DNA of 64,000 nucleotides from Thermoleophilia bacterium (lineage in GTDB: Bacteria > Actinomycetota > Thermoleophilia > RBG-16-64-13): positions 16,257 through 80,256 of the forward strand of contig JAXGNF010000001.1 of assembly GCA_040768135.1 (NCBI GenBank), read 5' to 3'. Shown piece after piece: positions 9,630 through 18,931 of this stretch (position 1 is its first letter; every line of letters starts with the position of its first letter). The position numbers and the translations under genes were made by a program. The notes beneath the pieces were generated by a model. It made no database searches, was not told the DNA's origin, and worked only from the letters and a program-made list of their open reading frames with translations.

Positions 9630-10403
9630 GTGGGGGATGTTGCTTTGAACAGCGAGCTCCAGAATCCCACAGCCTTCATGGTAGATGGACCGATCGCACA
9701 TACCAGAGCCAGTGATACCGCCCGGCAGTTCATCCTGTCGCGCATCTTCACGGGCGAACTCGGCCCCGGCGATAGACTGCCGAACGAGAGAGAATTGTCC
9801 GCCCAGCTCGGCATTTCGCGTCTCACTTTGCGGGAGGCATTGAAGTCCCTCGAGACGGCCGGCTATCTGGTGACCAAAGTGGGGGCACAGGGCGGTACCA
9901 GAGTCAGTGATGCCCAAGCGCTCACTCGGTGTTTTGATGAGTGGTTGCGGGCACAGGGCGAGCGCCTCAAAGATCTGCTGGAAACGCATGGCATCATCGA
10001 GGTGGCGATAGCGTCTCTGGCTGCAGAGAGACGGACCGAGACTGATCTGAGGGCGATGGAGGCGGCGCAGGTCCCCCCCGATGCCCCCAGACGACTTATG
10101 CAAGAACGTCACAGGGCATTCCACGATGCGCTGGCGAAAGCCGCTCACAACGAATTGCTCCGGGCCATCGAAGTGGGAGTCCGAAATGAGATTTTCATCC
10201 CCCTCGACCATCTGTTGTCTGATGAGTTATCCGACCGCTTCAGCAGCGAGATGCACGACTATCATGCCCGGATCCTTGATGCAGTGCGCAATCGGGATCC
10301 GGCCCGGGCAGCAGCCGAAATGCGACGTCACTTGGTCGATCCGCACAATTGGGGCATCTCGCTGGCGGAAAACGTCCGGTGTCCTGACGCATTGATCCGC
10401 TGA
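9630..10403 (+). CDS. GntR family transcriptional regulator (FadR/FCD subfamily)
   Basis: N-terminal wHTH (ARQFILSRIF.GEL.PGDRLPNERELSAQLGISRLTLREALKSL) plus a C-terminal all-helical FCD-like domain. An alternative ATG start lies at 9678. Confidence 0.8.
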   Translation: MGDVALNSELQNPTAFMVDGPIAHTRASDTARQFILSRIFTGELGPGDRLPNERELSAQLGISRLTLREALKSLETAGYLVTKVGAQGGTRVSDAQALTRCFDEWLRAQGERLKDLLETHGIIEVAIASLAAERRTETDLRAMEAAQVPPDAPRRLMQERHRAFHDALAKAAHNELLRAIEVGVRNEIFIPLDHLLSDELSDRFSSEMHDYHARILDAVRNRDPARAAAEMRRHLVDPHNWGISLAENVRCPDALIR

Positions 10404-10577
10404 TCATAGTTGCCCGGTTTCCCGCGCCTTAGATCCTACACTCGCGGGAGTCGTTCATTGCTTTGTGTATCTCCAGGTGGGTTTGGATCTCTCGGCAGAT
10501 CCACTTGAGTAACCTGAGAAGTCCAAGAGCCTCGTGGAGTGGGCAAAGATCAACGACGACCCTCTTGAAGGCCTGCC

Positions 10578-11219
10578 CTACGCGAGTGGAGTGTTGTCAT
10601 CCCCACTGCCGCCGCGCCGGTACTGGGGTGGAAGGGCGCCCCGGCGGTAAGACTTGGTCTGAAACGGTTTGCACAGGACCTCGGTAATGTGCAGGTCATG
10701 GAGCGCCCTGGAAGTCGAAGCGAGGGCTACCACCGCAGTGTCGGCTCCGCGGTGGGTCCCTGATACGGCGATGATCTCCTCGCCTTTGGCCACTAGGCCA
10801 CCGTCGGCGGCCATGAGCACGATCTCCACGCACACCTTCATGCCTTGGCATATGGTCCGCAGTACTATGGCCATCGCTTCGGACGTTCCCGATCCATAGA
10901 GGTTGTCGGTGTGGAAGAGCATGGTGCCAAAATGCACCCGGTGTCCCTGTTGTTGCAGTTCGGCGACCAGATCCTGGGGGAAGCGCTGGCTTCGGGTGAA
11001 CCCGAACTGGTGAGGGATCACGATCAAGGTGATGCCGGTCCCCGCCACCCGTGCCGCCGCCATTTGGGCCGTCTCACCGGTCGTCGAGGCAAGCACGATC
11101 TTGGTGATGCCCCGCTTCTGAGCTTCGCCTACCGCGAGATCGAGCGTGACCTCGGTGTTTTCGTGACCCGGCTCACCGGTCTCGAAGTAGACGATCTTCT
11201 TCTCGATCTTCTTCTCCAT
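10578..11219 (-). CDS. Pyruvate kinase alpha/beta (PK_C)-like domain protein, uncharacterised
   Basis: MEKKIEKKIVYFETGEPGHENT... start with a GGAGG RBS and an alpha/beta-type sequence pattern. The longer upstream extension is rejected. Confidence 0.35.
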   Translation of the reverse strand: MEKKIEKKIVYFETGEPGHENTEVTLDLAVGEAQKRGITKIVLASTTGETAQMAAARVAGTGITLIVIPHQFGFTRSQRFPQDLVAELQQQGHRVHFGTMLFHTDNLYGSGTSEAMAIVLRTICQGMKVCVEIVLMAADGGLVAKGEEIIAVSGTHRGADTAVVALASTSRALHDLHITEVLCKPFQTKSYRRGALPPQYRRGGSGDDNTPLA

Positions 11220-11369
11220 TGAGGCCTCCTTGCCGTTGGAAGTTGGGAGGAAGGCGCGATGGTAGTGACATCGGTAGTCACCGCCGACGCCTTGGCACGG
11301 TCGGGGCCGTACACGGTGCCACAGAGCGGCCCGTATCACCATACCGCCTAGGTTATCGTGGCGCCCTCG

Positions 11370-13004
11370 TCAACGAGTGGTCTCTTCCTCTACCAAGCCC
11401 TCAACGTTATAGCGCCTTCGCAGCGCCGGCTTGTCTATCTTGCCCGTAGCGTTGCGTGGCACCGAGTCGAAGATGATCCGACGCGGACGCTTGTAGCGGG
11501 GGAGTTCGGCGCAGAACTCGAGGATCTCCTCATCCGTGCACTGGTGGTCCGGCTTCAACTGGATGATGGCCGCCGCGATCTCCCCAAGACGTTTGTCGGG
11601 CAGGCCGATTACCGCCACGTCTTTGATGGCCTCGTGACGGTGGAGGAAATCCTCCACCTGTACCGGATAGATGTTCTCACCGCCGCTGATGATCACGTCC
11701 TTCTTGCGGTCGACCAAGTAGATGAAGCCGTCCTCGTCTTCGCGGGCCATGTCGCCCGTGAGCAGCCAGCCGTCTTCGAGCACTTCGGCGGTGGCTTCGG
11801 CGTCGCGGTAGTAGCCTTTCATGACGCCGGGTCCCTTGACGGCCAACTCTCCGACCTCGCCAAAAGTGACCGGCTCTCCGGACTCCAGGACGATCTTCGT
11901 CTCCCACAAATAGCCTGCCTTGCCAATAGCGCCGACCTTGTGGACGTTCTCCACTCCCAAGTGCACGCACCCGGGTCCCACGGATTCGGTGAGTCCGTAG
12001 TCGGTATCGTACTGATGATGTGGGAAGTATTCCAGCCAGCGTCGCACCAGGCTTGGGGGGACGGGCTGGGCCCCGATGTGCATGAGACGCAGCTGACTCA
12101 GCTCGTAGTCCTCCAGCTTGATGTCGCCTCTGTCGAGAGCATCGAGGATGTCCTGCACCCACGGAACCAGCAACCAGACGATCGTGACCTTCTCGTCGGA
12201 GATGGTCTGAAGTATCCATTCAGGTTTGGTGCCTCGCAGGAGCACCCCTCGACTGCCCGAGAACAGGCTACCGAAGTAGTGCATCTTGCCGCCCGTGTGG
12301 TAGAGAGGCGCGATGCACAGGAAGTTGTCATCACGGTCCTGCCCATGATGGGCCTGCTCGACGACCGCCGACGACATGATGCTCCGATGGTCGTGCAGTA
12401 TGGCCTTGGGGAAGCCCGTAGTGCCTGAGGAGAAGTAGATGGCGGCGTCGTCCTCCTCGGAGATCTCGATTTTCGGAGCTCGATGCGAATACCCTTTGAC
12501 TGCTTGTGAAAAGCTCTCAGCAAACGTCGGACAGCTCCCATTTAGGAAGAAACGAGGCTCAACTTCTGGGATGCGGTTGATAATGGCCTCCACGCGACCG
12601 ATGAACTCGGGTCCGAAGACAACAGCATCGACTTCAGCGAGCTTGAGGCAGTACTCGATCTCCTCAGAGGTGTAGCGGTAGTTCATCGGGACCGCTACCG
12701 CACCGGTCTTGAGGATACCGAAGTATATGGGCAGCCACTCAAGGCAGTTCATGAGAAGGATGGCGACCTTGCTGCCCTTTCCGATACCACGACCAAGAAG
12801 AAGGTTGGCGAAGCGGTTGGCGTGTCTGTCGAACTGTCGCCAAGTCATCTCCCGGCGGGAGTGCGCGAAGGGGTTGGTCTCCATGAGCTCGTACTCGTGC
12901 CAGGTGATCTCGCGTCTTTCGGTAACCTCAGGATTGACCCCCACGAGACAAATCTCGTCTCCGTAGAGCGTAGCGTTGCGCGCGAGTACCTCAGTGATCA
13001 GCAT
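11370..13004 (-). CDS. AMP-dependent synthetase/ligase (acyl- or aryl-CoA ligase)
   Basis: AMP-binding motif YFSSGTTGFPKAI and a conserved C-terminal ...GEIAAAII...PRNATGKIDK; 544 aa. Confidence 0.85.
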   Translation of the reverse strand: MLITEVLARNATLYGDEICLVGVNPEVTERREITWHEYELMETNPFAHSRREMTWRQFDRHANRFANLLLGRGIGKGSKVAILLMNCLEWLPIYFGILKTGAVAVPMNYRYTSEEIEYCLKLAEVDAVVFGPEFIGRVEAIINRIPEVEPRFFLNGSCPTFAESFSQAVKGYSHRAPKIEISEEDDAAIYFSSGTTGFPKAILHDHRSIMSSAVVEQAHHGQDRDDNFLCIAPLYHTGGKMHYFGSLFSGSRGVLLRGTKPEWILQTISDEKVTIVWLLVPWVQDILDALDRGDIKLEDYELSQLRLMHIGAQPVPPSLVRRWLEYFPHHQYDTDYGLTESVGPGCVHLGVENVHKVGAIGKAGYLWETKIVLESGEPVTFGEVGELAVKGPGVMKGYYRDAEATAEVLEDGWLLTGDMAREDEDGFIYLVDRKKDVIISGGENIYPVQVEDFLHRHEAIKDVAVIGLPDKRLGEIAAAIIQLKPDHQCTDEEILEFCAELPRYKRPRRIIFDSVPRNATGKIDKPALRRRYNVEGLVEEETTR

Positions 13005-13105
13005 CGATCGAGCCCCTTCCTATCGTCCTGACGGCCGCGTCCATTTTACACGTCCGCTCTATCGCCACACAGGCCGGCCGTTTAGAATGGTATCTGCACA
13101 TCCTG

Positions 13106-14077
13106 GTGACCGGTGGGCGCACCCAGTCGAGGGAGGCCACGCTGAAATCGTCCCGCTATCTGGCGCCGGCGACGCTGGTAGTAATCGCCCTCATATGGGG
13201 ATACGGTTGGGTTCCCTTCAAGATCGGCGTTGGGCACAGCAGTCCGTTCGTGTTTGCCGCACTGCGGACATTCCCGGGTGGGATCCTGATGCTGATGCTG
13301 ATGGCGGCGCTCCGTCAACCGCTTAGGCCGAAGGCCCCCGCCCTTACTGCCCTTCTCGGTCTTCTGCAGACCAGCGGTTTCATGGGTCTGACTATGGGAG
13401 CACTCGTGAGTGGCGGTGCGGGTCGGACCAGTATTCTTGCGAATACGTGGCAGTTCTGGATCCTGTTGATGGCTTGGCCTATCCTCAAGGAGAGACTGCG
13501 CGGGCTGCAGTGGCTCTCCGTCGCTCTAGCGCTCGGAGGATTGGTTCTGATTATCGAGCCTTGGAACCTGCGTGGCGTTACCAGCAGTCTGTTGGCTCTC
13601 GGGGGAGCCGTATCCTGGGCCGGAGGTTCGATTGTCGCCAAGATCCTTCGTCGCCGTCATCAGGTTGACAACTTGTCACTCACTACCTGGCAGATGCTGT
13701 TTGGCTCTCTGCCCCTGGTCCTGCTGGCTGTGTTCCTGGAAGGCGATCTTCCGGATTGGTCGCTTGCCTTCGCATGGTCACTCGCCTTCAGCCTGGTCAT
13801 CATCACCTGCCTGGGATCGTTTCTCTGGCTCTACATCCTTCGAGAACTGCCGGCCGGCATCGCCGGCTTGGGGACTATGGGTACGCCTGTAGTGGGCGTG
13901 CTTTCCTCGTGGGCACAATTAGGGGAGACGCCTACCGTTCTTACAGTCGTGGGTATGGTCATGATCTTGGCTGGGATGGGGCTCTTGTTCGCCAGGGGGA
14001 TGAAAAACAGTGGACAGGCGATTGCGCCTGTAGCGCCGAAAGCAACGCGTTCGCCCAGACCCGTGCCGCTCGACTGA
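13106..14077 (+). CDS. EamA/DMT family transporter
   Basis: Ten hydrophobic segments and duplicated EamA-like halves. Confidence 0.65.
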   Translation: MTGGRTQSREATLKSSRYLAPATLVVIALIWGYGWVPFKIGVGHSSPFVFAALRTFPGGILMLMLMAALRQPLRPKAPALTALLGLLQTSGFMGLTMGALVSGGAGRTSILANTWQFWILLMAWPILKERLRGLQWLSVALALGGLVLIIEPWNLRGVTSSLLALGGAVSWAGGSIVAKILRRRHQVDNLSLTTWQMLFGSLPLVLLAVFLEGDLPDWSLAFAWSLAFSLVIITCLGSFLWLYILRELPAGIAGLGTMGTPVVGVLSSWAQLGETPTVLTVVGMVMILAGMGLLFARGMKNSGQAIAPVAPKATRSPRPVPLD

Positions 14078-14264
14078 GCCGGCGTGTCGAGCCCTCCCGT
14101 CTTATTGAATCGACCGGCGGGCAAGGGGAGTGGTTCCCAGTGCTGCCCTGGCGAAGGTTACCGTTGGTCCTCCACTCGTGGCGAGGAATGCGGGCGATCC
14201 GTTCCCACTTGGCCGATGAAACGTGCCATTATGATCATGGACACGAACTGACGGGGGGCTGCGT

Positions 14265-15470
14265 ATGTCAGGATCACCAGACGATGTCACTCCGGTAAAG
14301 GTCGAACCCCCTCCTCACTCGCTCGGCTATCTCTTCCCGGTGATGTTCTTCTCGGGGATCGTGCTCATCTCTCTGGGGCCGGTCCTAGACCCTATCATCC
14401 GAGACCTTGATGTACCGCTGTCGCAAGGCGGCATTCTGGCGATTGGGTTCGCGGCGGGGCGCGTGTTGGCGCTCTTGGTCTTAAACCTCTTCCTGGCAAG
14501 GGTCCCTTTGAAGTGGTTGGTCGTTGGTGCCGCCCTTATCCAGACGTTGGGATTCGCGGTGCCGGCCTTCTTCGCCAACGGGCTGGGGCTCGTGGTCGGC
14601 GGACTGGTGTTCGTTGGAGCAGCCGCGACCATTCCGATTGTCGTACCGGTGATCTGGATCAGGGCGTACGCGAAACAGACCACGGAACGAGCGATGCTTC
14701 TGACGCTGCTCTTCTTCGCACTTGGTGTGGTGGTGTCACCGATGGCCATCGGGGGAGCCCTCGCCCTCGGTGCCGGTTGGCGTTGGGTGTTCGTGGGTGA
14801 GGCGGCATTCTCCTTGTTCATGGCTGTGGTGCTGGCGATCCTCCCCTTGGCCGACGTGCCCGACAGACAAAACATCCGATTCAGACATCTCCGCGAGGCC
14901 GCGATGCACTCGCCTCGCCTCTTGGCTTTGATGCTTGTGGGAGTGTTCCTCTACATCGGAGCCGAGCATATCCTCAACATCTGGCTGCCGGAGTTTCAGG
15001 TGGAGACGTTTGGTGCGAGCCAAGGGGCCGCCGCAGTAGCCGTGGCCCTGTTCTTCGGAGGCATCATGGTGGGGCGCTTCTTCTCGGCTCGACTGACGCG
15101 CCGGCTGGTGGCCTCGAGGATTCTCGCGATGTCGTGTGCTCTCATGAGCGTCCTCATCGTGGTGACGGCGTTCGCACCATCTTTTGCGGTTTCGGAGTTT
15201 CTCATCTTCCTGGTTGGGCTCGGTGCGTCGGCTTCGTATCCGTTGCTCTCGAGCTACGTGGGCCGGTTCCCTGCTACGTATTCGGGGCTGCTCTTCTCGG
15301 CCGTCACCTTCGTCGCCATTGTGAGTGGAGCGGTGTTTGCTTACGTGGCGGGGCCGATAGCCGATGCTCTCGGCATGCGGACGGCGATCGGGCTTGCGGC
15401 TGTGCCGGCGGCAGCTGTGGTGGCCCTCACCTTCTTGATGCCTAAGAGGGCCTCGGAAGCGGCAGAATAG
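14265..15470 (+). CDS. MFS transporter
   Basis: ~400 aa with ~12 TM segments, Gly-rich loops and MFS-like G..GR motifs. Confidence 0.65.
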   Translation: MSGSPDDVTPVKVEPPPHSLGYLFPVMFFSGIVLISLGPVLDPIIRDLDVPLSQGGILAIGFAAGRVLALLVLNLFLARVPLKWLVVGAALIQTLGFAVPAFFANGLGLVVGGLVFVGAAATIPIVVPVIWIRAYAKQTTERAMLLTLLFFALGVVVSPMAIGGALALGAGWRWVFVGEAAFSLFMAVVLAILPLADVPDRQNIRFRHLREAAMHSPRLLALMLVGVFLYIGAEHILNIWLPEFQVETFGASQGAAAVAVALFFGGIMVGRFFSARLTRRLVASRILAMSCALMSVLIVVTAFAPSFAVSEFLIFLVGLGASASYPLLSSYVGRFPATYSGLLFSAVTFVAIVSGAVFAYVAGPIADALGMRTAIGLAAVPAAAVVALTFLMPKRASEAAE

Positions 15471-15572
15471 GAGTTATCCGCGGGGTCGAGACGGGTTTGG
15501 CCGCTGTCGGACGGGGTCTCGGTCTACCGGTCTATCCGCGCAACGCCAGAAAGACGAGCGCCCACATATCTT

Positions 15573-16094
15573 TTACGACCAGGTGGAAATGACGGCCTCG
15601 GCGTACTCATCATTGCGCGTGGCTGCGAAGGCAAGCACTGCGTCGTATAGCAGCACAATAGCGAAAATGAACATGGCGAGCGCCTCAACGTAATAGAACG
15701 GGACAAGGGGGATGTGCAGTACCGCGGTGACCGAGCCCCTCTGCATGGCCGACTGTGCCTGCAGGATGGCGGCATAGCCGACTGCTCCAGCCGTAGCGGC
15801 CGAGAAAACGCCGGTGAGGGCGTACAGAAACAGAGCGATAGGCCGGGGAAAACGTTTGAGTACCATGCCCATGTTGATATGGCCGTGGCGAGACTGCGTG
15901 TAGGCAAAAGAGGCCATGACTGTGCACAGGAGAAACACTTCAGTGATCTCATACGCGCCTTGGATTGGTTTGGTGAACGTTTTAGTCATTAAGACGTCTG
16001 CCACATTTAGCAGCATGATGGCCAGGACTCCGGCGTAGCTCACCAAACTCACAGCAAAGGTAGCCTTGCCGATTACTTGTCCATATCTCAACAC
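15573..16094 (-). CDS. TRAP transporter small permease (DctQ-like)
   Basis: 173-aa 4-TM protein immediately downstream of DctM. Confidence 0.7.
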   Translation of the reverse strand: MLRYGQVIGKATFAVSLVSYAGVLAIMLLNVADVLMTKTFTKPIQGAYEITEVFLLCTVMASFAYTQSRHGHINMGMVLKRFPRPIALFLYALTGVFSAATAGAVGYAAILQAQSAMQRGSVTAVLHIPLVPFYYVEALAMFIFAIVLLYDAVLAFAATRNDEYAEAVISTWS

Positions 16095-16109
16095 GGATAG
16101 CTCACCCCT

Positions 16110-17408
16110 TTATAGAAGGTTCGGAAGGACGAGGACTATCTGCGGAAAGAAATAAATAAGCACGATGCCGACGAGGATCGTAATGACGAACGGCAACGCT
16201 CCTAGATATATCCTAGCAAGGGGTATGTCCTTAGTGATGCCTTGGATGATGAAGCAGTTCAGACCAACCGGGGGAGCTATCGCGCCCAATTCCATCACCA
16301 GGATGATGTAGATTCCGAACCAAATGAAGTCTACCCCGTAGCTCCGGACGATCGGCAGAAATATGGGGACAGTCAACATGATCATGGGGAGCTCGTCCAT
16401 GAGCATGCCCAAGATGATGTAAATGACGGTCATAATAATGAGGACCACTCCAAACGACACGTCCATCGATTGAAGCGCGTCGGCGAGTGCCAGGGGCATC
16501 TTGGTGACTGCCAAGAAGTTGGCGAACACACTTGCGCCAATGACGATCAGGAACATCATCGAGAACGTGGTGACCGTGTCCCTCATTGCACCCCTGAAAG
16601 AACTCCAGGTGAGCCTCCTGTTGACGACCATGAGGATAAGCGCGAGGAAGGCGCCAACAGCAGCGGCCTGGTTAACAGAGAAAAAGCCCGAAAACATGCC
16701 TCCCAGCACAGCGCCGAACAACACGACGACTCCCCACAGACCTACCAAAGAGGAGAACTTCTCCTTCCAGGTAGAACCCACAGGGGTGGGTGCTATCGAC
16801 GGTTTGAGTTTGACCATGAGTACAATAGTCCCGATACCGAGTAGGGCCACCATTATGCCGGGCAGGATGCCGGCTATGAACTGCTTGCCTATGGACTCCT
16901 CCGCCATGATGCAGTAAATGATCATGGGCGTGCTGGGGGGGATGAGGATACCCAGGGTGCCGCCGAATGCGATGGCCCCCGTGGATAGTCTGTCGGCATA
17001 GCCGTACTTGCGCATCTCGGGGAGGGAGATCGTACCCATGGTTGCGCATGTAGCGGCGCATGACCCGCAGATAGCGCCGAAACCAGCGCTGGCTGCGACA
17101 GTGGCCGCGGCCAGACTCCCCGGCAGCCGGGCAAGCCACGCGTGGCCGGCTCGGTATAGGTTGCCGGACAGCCCCGCTTGGAAGGCGAAATTACCCATCA
17201 TGATGAAGAGGGGTATGACGATCAACGCGTAGGTGCTGGCCTGGGTCGCTGGTACCTTACGAAGCATCCCTATGGCGGCGGCCGGGTCGAGGATAACCGC
17301 GTAACCGACGGCGCCCACCACCAGCAGGGCAAGGCCGATGTTCATGCCCAAGAATATCAGTATCAAGAAAACAACGATGCCTATGATGCCTATGACCGCG
17401 GCCGACAC
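16110..17408 (-). CDS. TRAP transporter large permease (DctM-like)
   Basis: 432 aa with a typical DctM N-terminus MSAAVIGIIGIVVFLILIFLGMNIG. Confidence 0.85.
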   Translation of the reverse strand: MSAAVIGIIGIVVFLILIFLGMNIGLALLVVGAVGYAVILDPAAAIGMLRKVPATQASTYALIVIPLFIMMGNFAFQAGLSGNLYRAGHAWLARLPGSLAAATVAASAGFGAICGSCAATCATMGTISLPEMRKYGYADRLSTGAIAFGGTLGILIPPSTPMIIYCIMAEESIGKQFIAGILPGIMVALLGIGTIVLMVKLKPSIAPTPVGSTWKEKFSSLVGLWGVVVLFGAVLGGMFSGFFSVNQAAAVGAFLALILMVVNRRLTWSSFRGAMRDTVTTFSMMFLIVIGASVFANFLAVTKMPLALADALQSMDVSFGVVLIIMTVIYIILGMLMDELPMIMLTVPIFLPIVRSYGVDFIWFGIYIILVMELGAIAPPVGLNCFIIQGITKDIPLARIYLGALPFVITILVGIVLIYFFPQIVLVLPNLL

Positions 17409-17537
17409 GGAATACCGTTCCTCCCCTACTGCTTCGCGAATAAGTGGGTGATGGTCATATTCGAGGGTTTGCAGAGGGACGAACCCCGGCCGGGCGGGTT
17501 TGTGCCCGGCCGGGGTTCGTCCAAAGATCCCCGCAAC

Positions 17538-18698
17538 TTACTTCTTGTACGTCTGCAAGATCGAGAGTGCGTCCTCCAGGTAGGCGGCAGCGTCAAAGCC
17601 ACTCAGCTTCACAGTGGCGGACCACTTGGCGCCAACGCCTTTGGCTACTTCAGCAAACGCTGCCTTTGCCTCATCGGTCGGAGTGACCCACTCGGCTCCG
17701 GCATCGATGAAGATCTGGTAATTGGTATCCGCTGCGGCCTGCATGTCCGCTGAGGCCGCAAGAGAACCTTCTCGATAGGAGATACTCTCGATGGCGGCCT
17801 GGTACTTCGCCGGCAGCGCGTTCCACTTGTCCCAGTTCATGACGAGACCGAAGACACCGATGTAAATGGGCAGTTCAGTATAGTAATCGGTGACTTCTTC
17901 GAGTTTGAAGTTGTGGATCCCTGCGGGTTCGAAGATGTAACCACTAATGTTGCCCTTCCCCAAAGCTTCGTAGATGTCTCCCGGAGCCATCATGACCGGG
18001 CTTCCACCCATGGCAGCCATGAGGTCGGTGACCAGGCCGGCGGGGCAGCGGAGGGTACGGCCCTTCACGTCATCAGGTGTCAGGATGGGCTTCTTGATGG
18101 TACCGAAGATGGAAGCGGGAATTCCGTACATGTTAAGGAGCTTATAGCGACCCCATTCATTCTGCAGTTCGGGATACTTGTCGTAAAGATCCCAGAGGAC
18201 GTTTGTCGCGAGAGAGCCGTTGTCAAAACCTACCATCGGGATACTCGCGACCTCGGTCAGCGGGAACTGGGCCGGGTAAAACGGAGTGAACAGCCAGCCT
18301 ATGTCTACGCCGCCGGTCTCTACCATCTCACCCACGTCGGGGGCGGCCGCCAACTGGCTGCTCGGGTAGACGACTACTTTGACATGACCGTCGGTGAGTC
18401 TACCGACCTCTTCGGCCCAGCTAATCCAGTGCTTGGTGTTATTGGACTCCAAAGGATCGTGGACCGATAGCGAAAACTCAAAATCGCCCAGATCCGCCTC
18501 CGGCGCCGCTGTGGTTTCGGTTGGTGCCGCTGTGGTTTCGGTTGGTGCCGCTGTGGTTTCGGTTGGCGATGACGTGGTCTGAGTCTGTGCCGCTGTGCTG
18601 GTCGTTTGTGTCGCCGGACCGCCACAGGCAGCCACTACGAAGACCAGTGCCAAACATGCCAAACCAAGGATCACGAGCTGTAGTATCCGCCGTTTCAC
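17538..18698 (-). CDS. TRAP transporter substrate-binding lipoprotein (DctP-like) with a (TETTAAP)3 linker
   Basis: Signal peptide with an AAC lipobox, a T/A/P linker encoded by tandem 24-nt repeats, and a DctP-type binding domain. Confidence 0.8.
   Translation of the reverse strand: MKRRILQLVILGLACLALVFVVAACGGPATQTTSTAAQTQTTSSPTETTAAPTETTAAPTETTAAPEADLGDFEFSLSVHDPLESNNTKHWISWAEEVGRLTDGHVKVVVYPSSQLAAAPDVGEMVETGGVDIGWLFTPFYPAQFPLTEVASIPMVGFDNGSLATNVLWDLYDKYPELQNEWGRYKLLNMYGIPASIFGTIKKPILTPDDVKGRTLRCPAGLVTDLMAAMGGSPVMMAPGDIYEALGKGNISGYIFEPAGIHNFKLEEVTDYYTELPIYIGVFGLVMNWDKWNALPAKYQAAIESISYREGSLAASADMQAAADTNYQIFIDAGAEWVTPTDEAKAAFAEVAKGVGAKWSATVKLSGFDAAAYLEDALSILQTYKK
18502..18575. repeat. Three tandem ~24-nt repeats (gccgctgtggtttcggttggtg...) encoding the TETTAAP linker of DctP
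   Basis: Near-perfect direct repeats are visible in the sequence. Similar Thr/Ala/Pro-encoding imperfect repeats occur at ~5800-5900 and ~52370-52460 in the two Liv-type SBP genes. Confidence 0.8.
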
Positions 18699-18931
18699 AA
18701 CATCATCCTCCTAAACATGGCTTACCCTGCCGCCCCCTCCCCCCACAAGCAGGCGGATGTCCGGCGACATTTTCCAGGAAAGGTCGCTATAAGTCAATGA
18801 AGATCCCCGAGCACACTAACTGATTGACTCCTTTTGGGGGATCGGTGGCCGCTTCGTCAGCGGCCGCTTCCCCTACAGCCCGCAAGTGACCTCCGTGAGC
18901 TCCCCGCCTGGGAGCTCTTTCGATAACAGAC

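Noticed and set aside
11220-11342. 41-codon N-terminal extension of the PK_C-like ORF
   Set aside because: A GGAGG RBS and a plausible start lie at 11219. The extension is non-protein-like.
11358-12428. 356-aa plus-strand ORF and Arg-rich 180-aa minus ORF (11677..12219) inside the CoA-ligase locus
   Set aside because: Both overlap the AMP-ligase frame, which has clear AMP-binding motifs. Their composition is typical of off-frame GC-rich translation.
18394-18582. Plus-strand ORFs encoding AAVVSVGAAVVSVG repeats (also 5821..6018 and 52230..52601)
   Set aside because: Mirror-strand translation of the Thr/Ala/Pro linker repeats of the SBP genes, not genes.
18856-18878. Inverted repeat ggccgct-tcgtc-agcggcc downstream of enoate reductase 1 as an intrinsic terminator
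   Set aside because: The hairpin is real, but no U-tract follows on the transcribed strand. At most it is a weak GC-type terminator, so it is not called as a feature.
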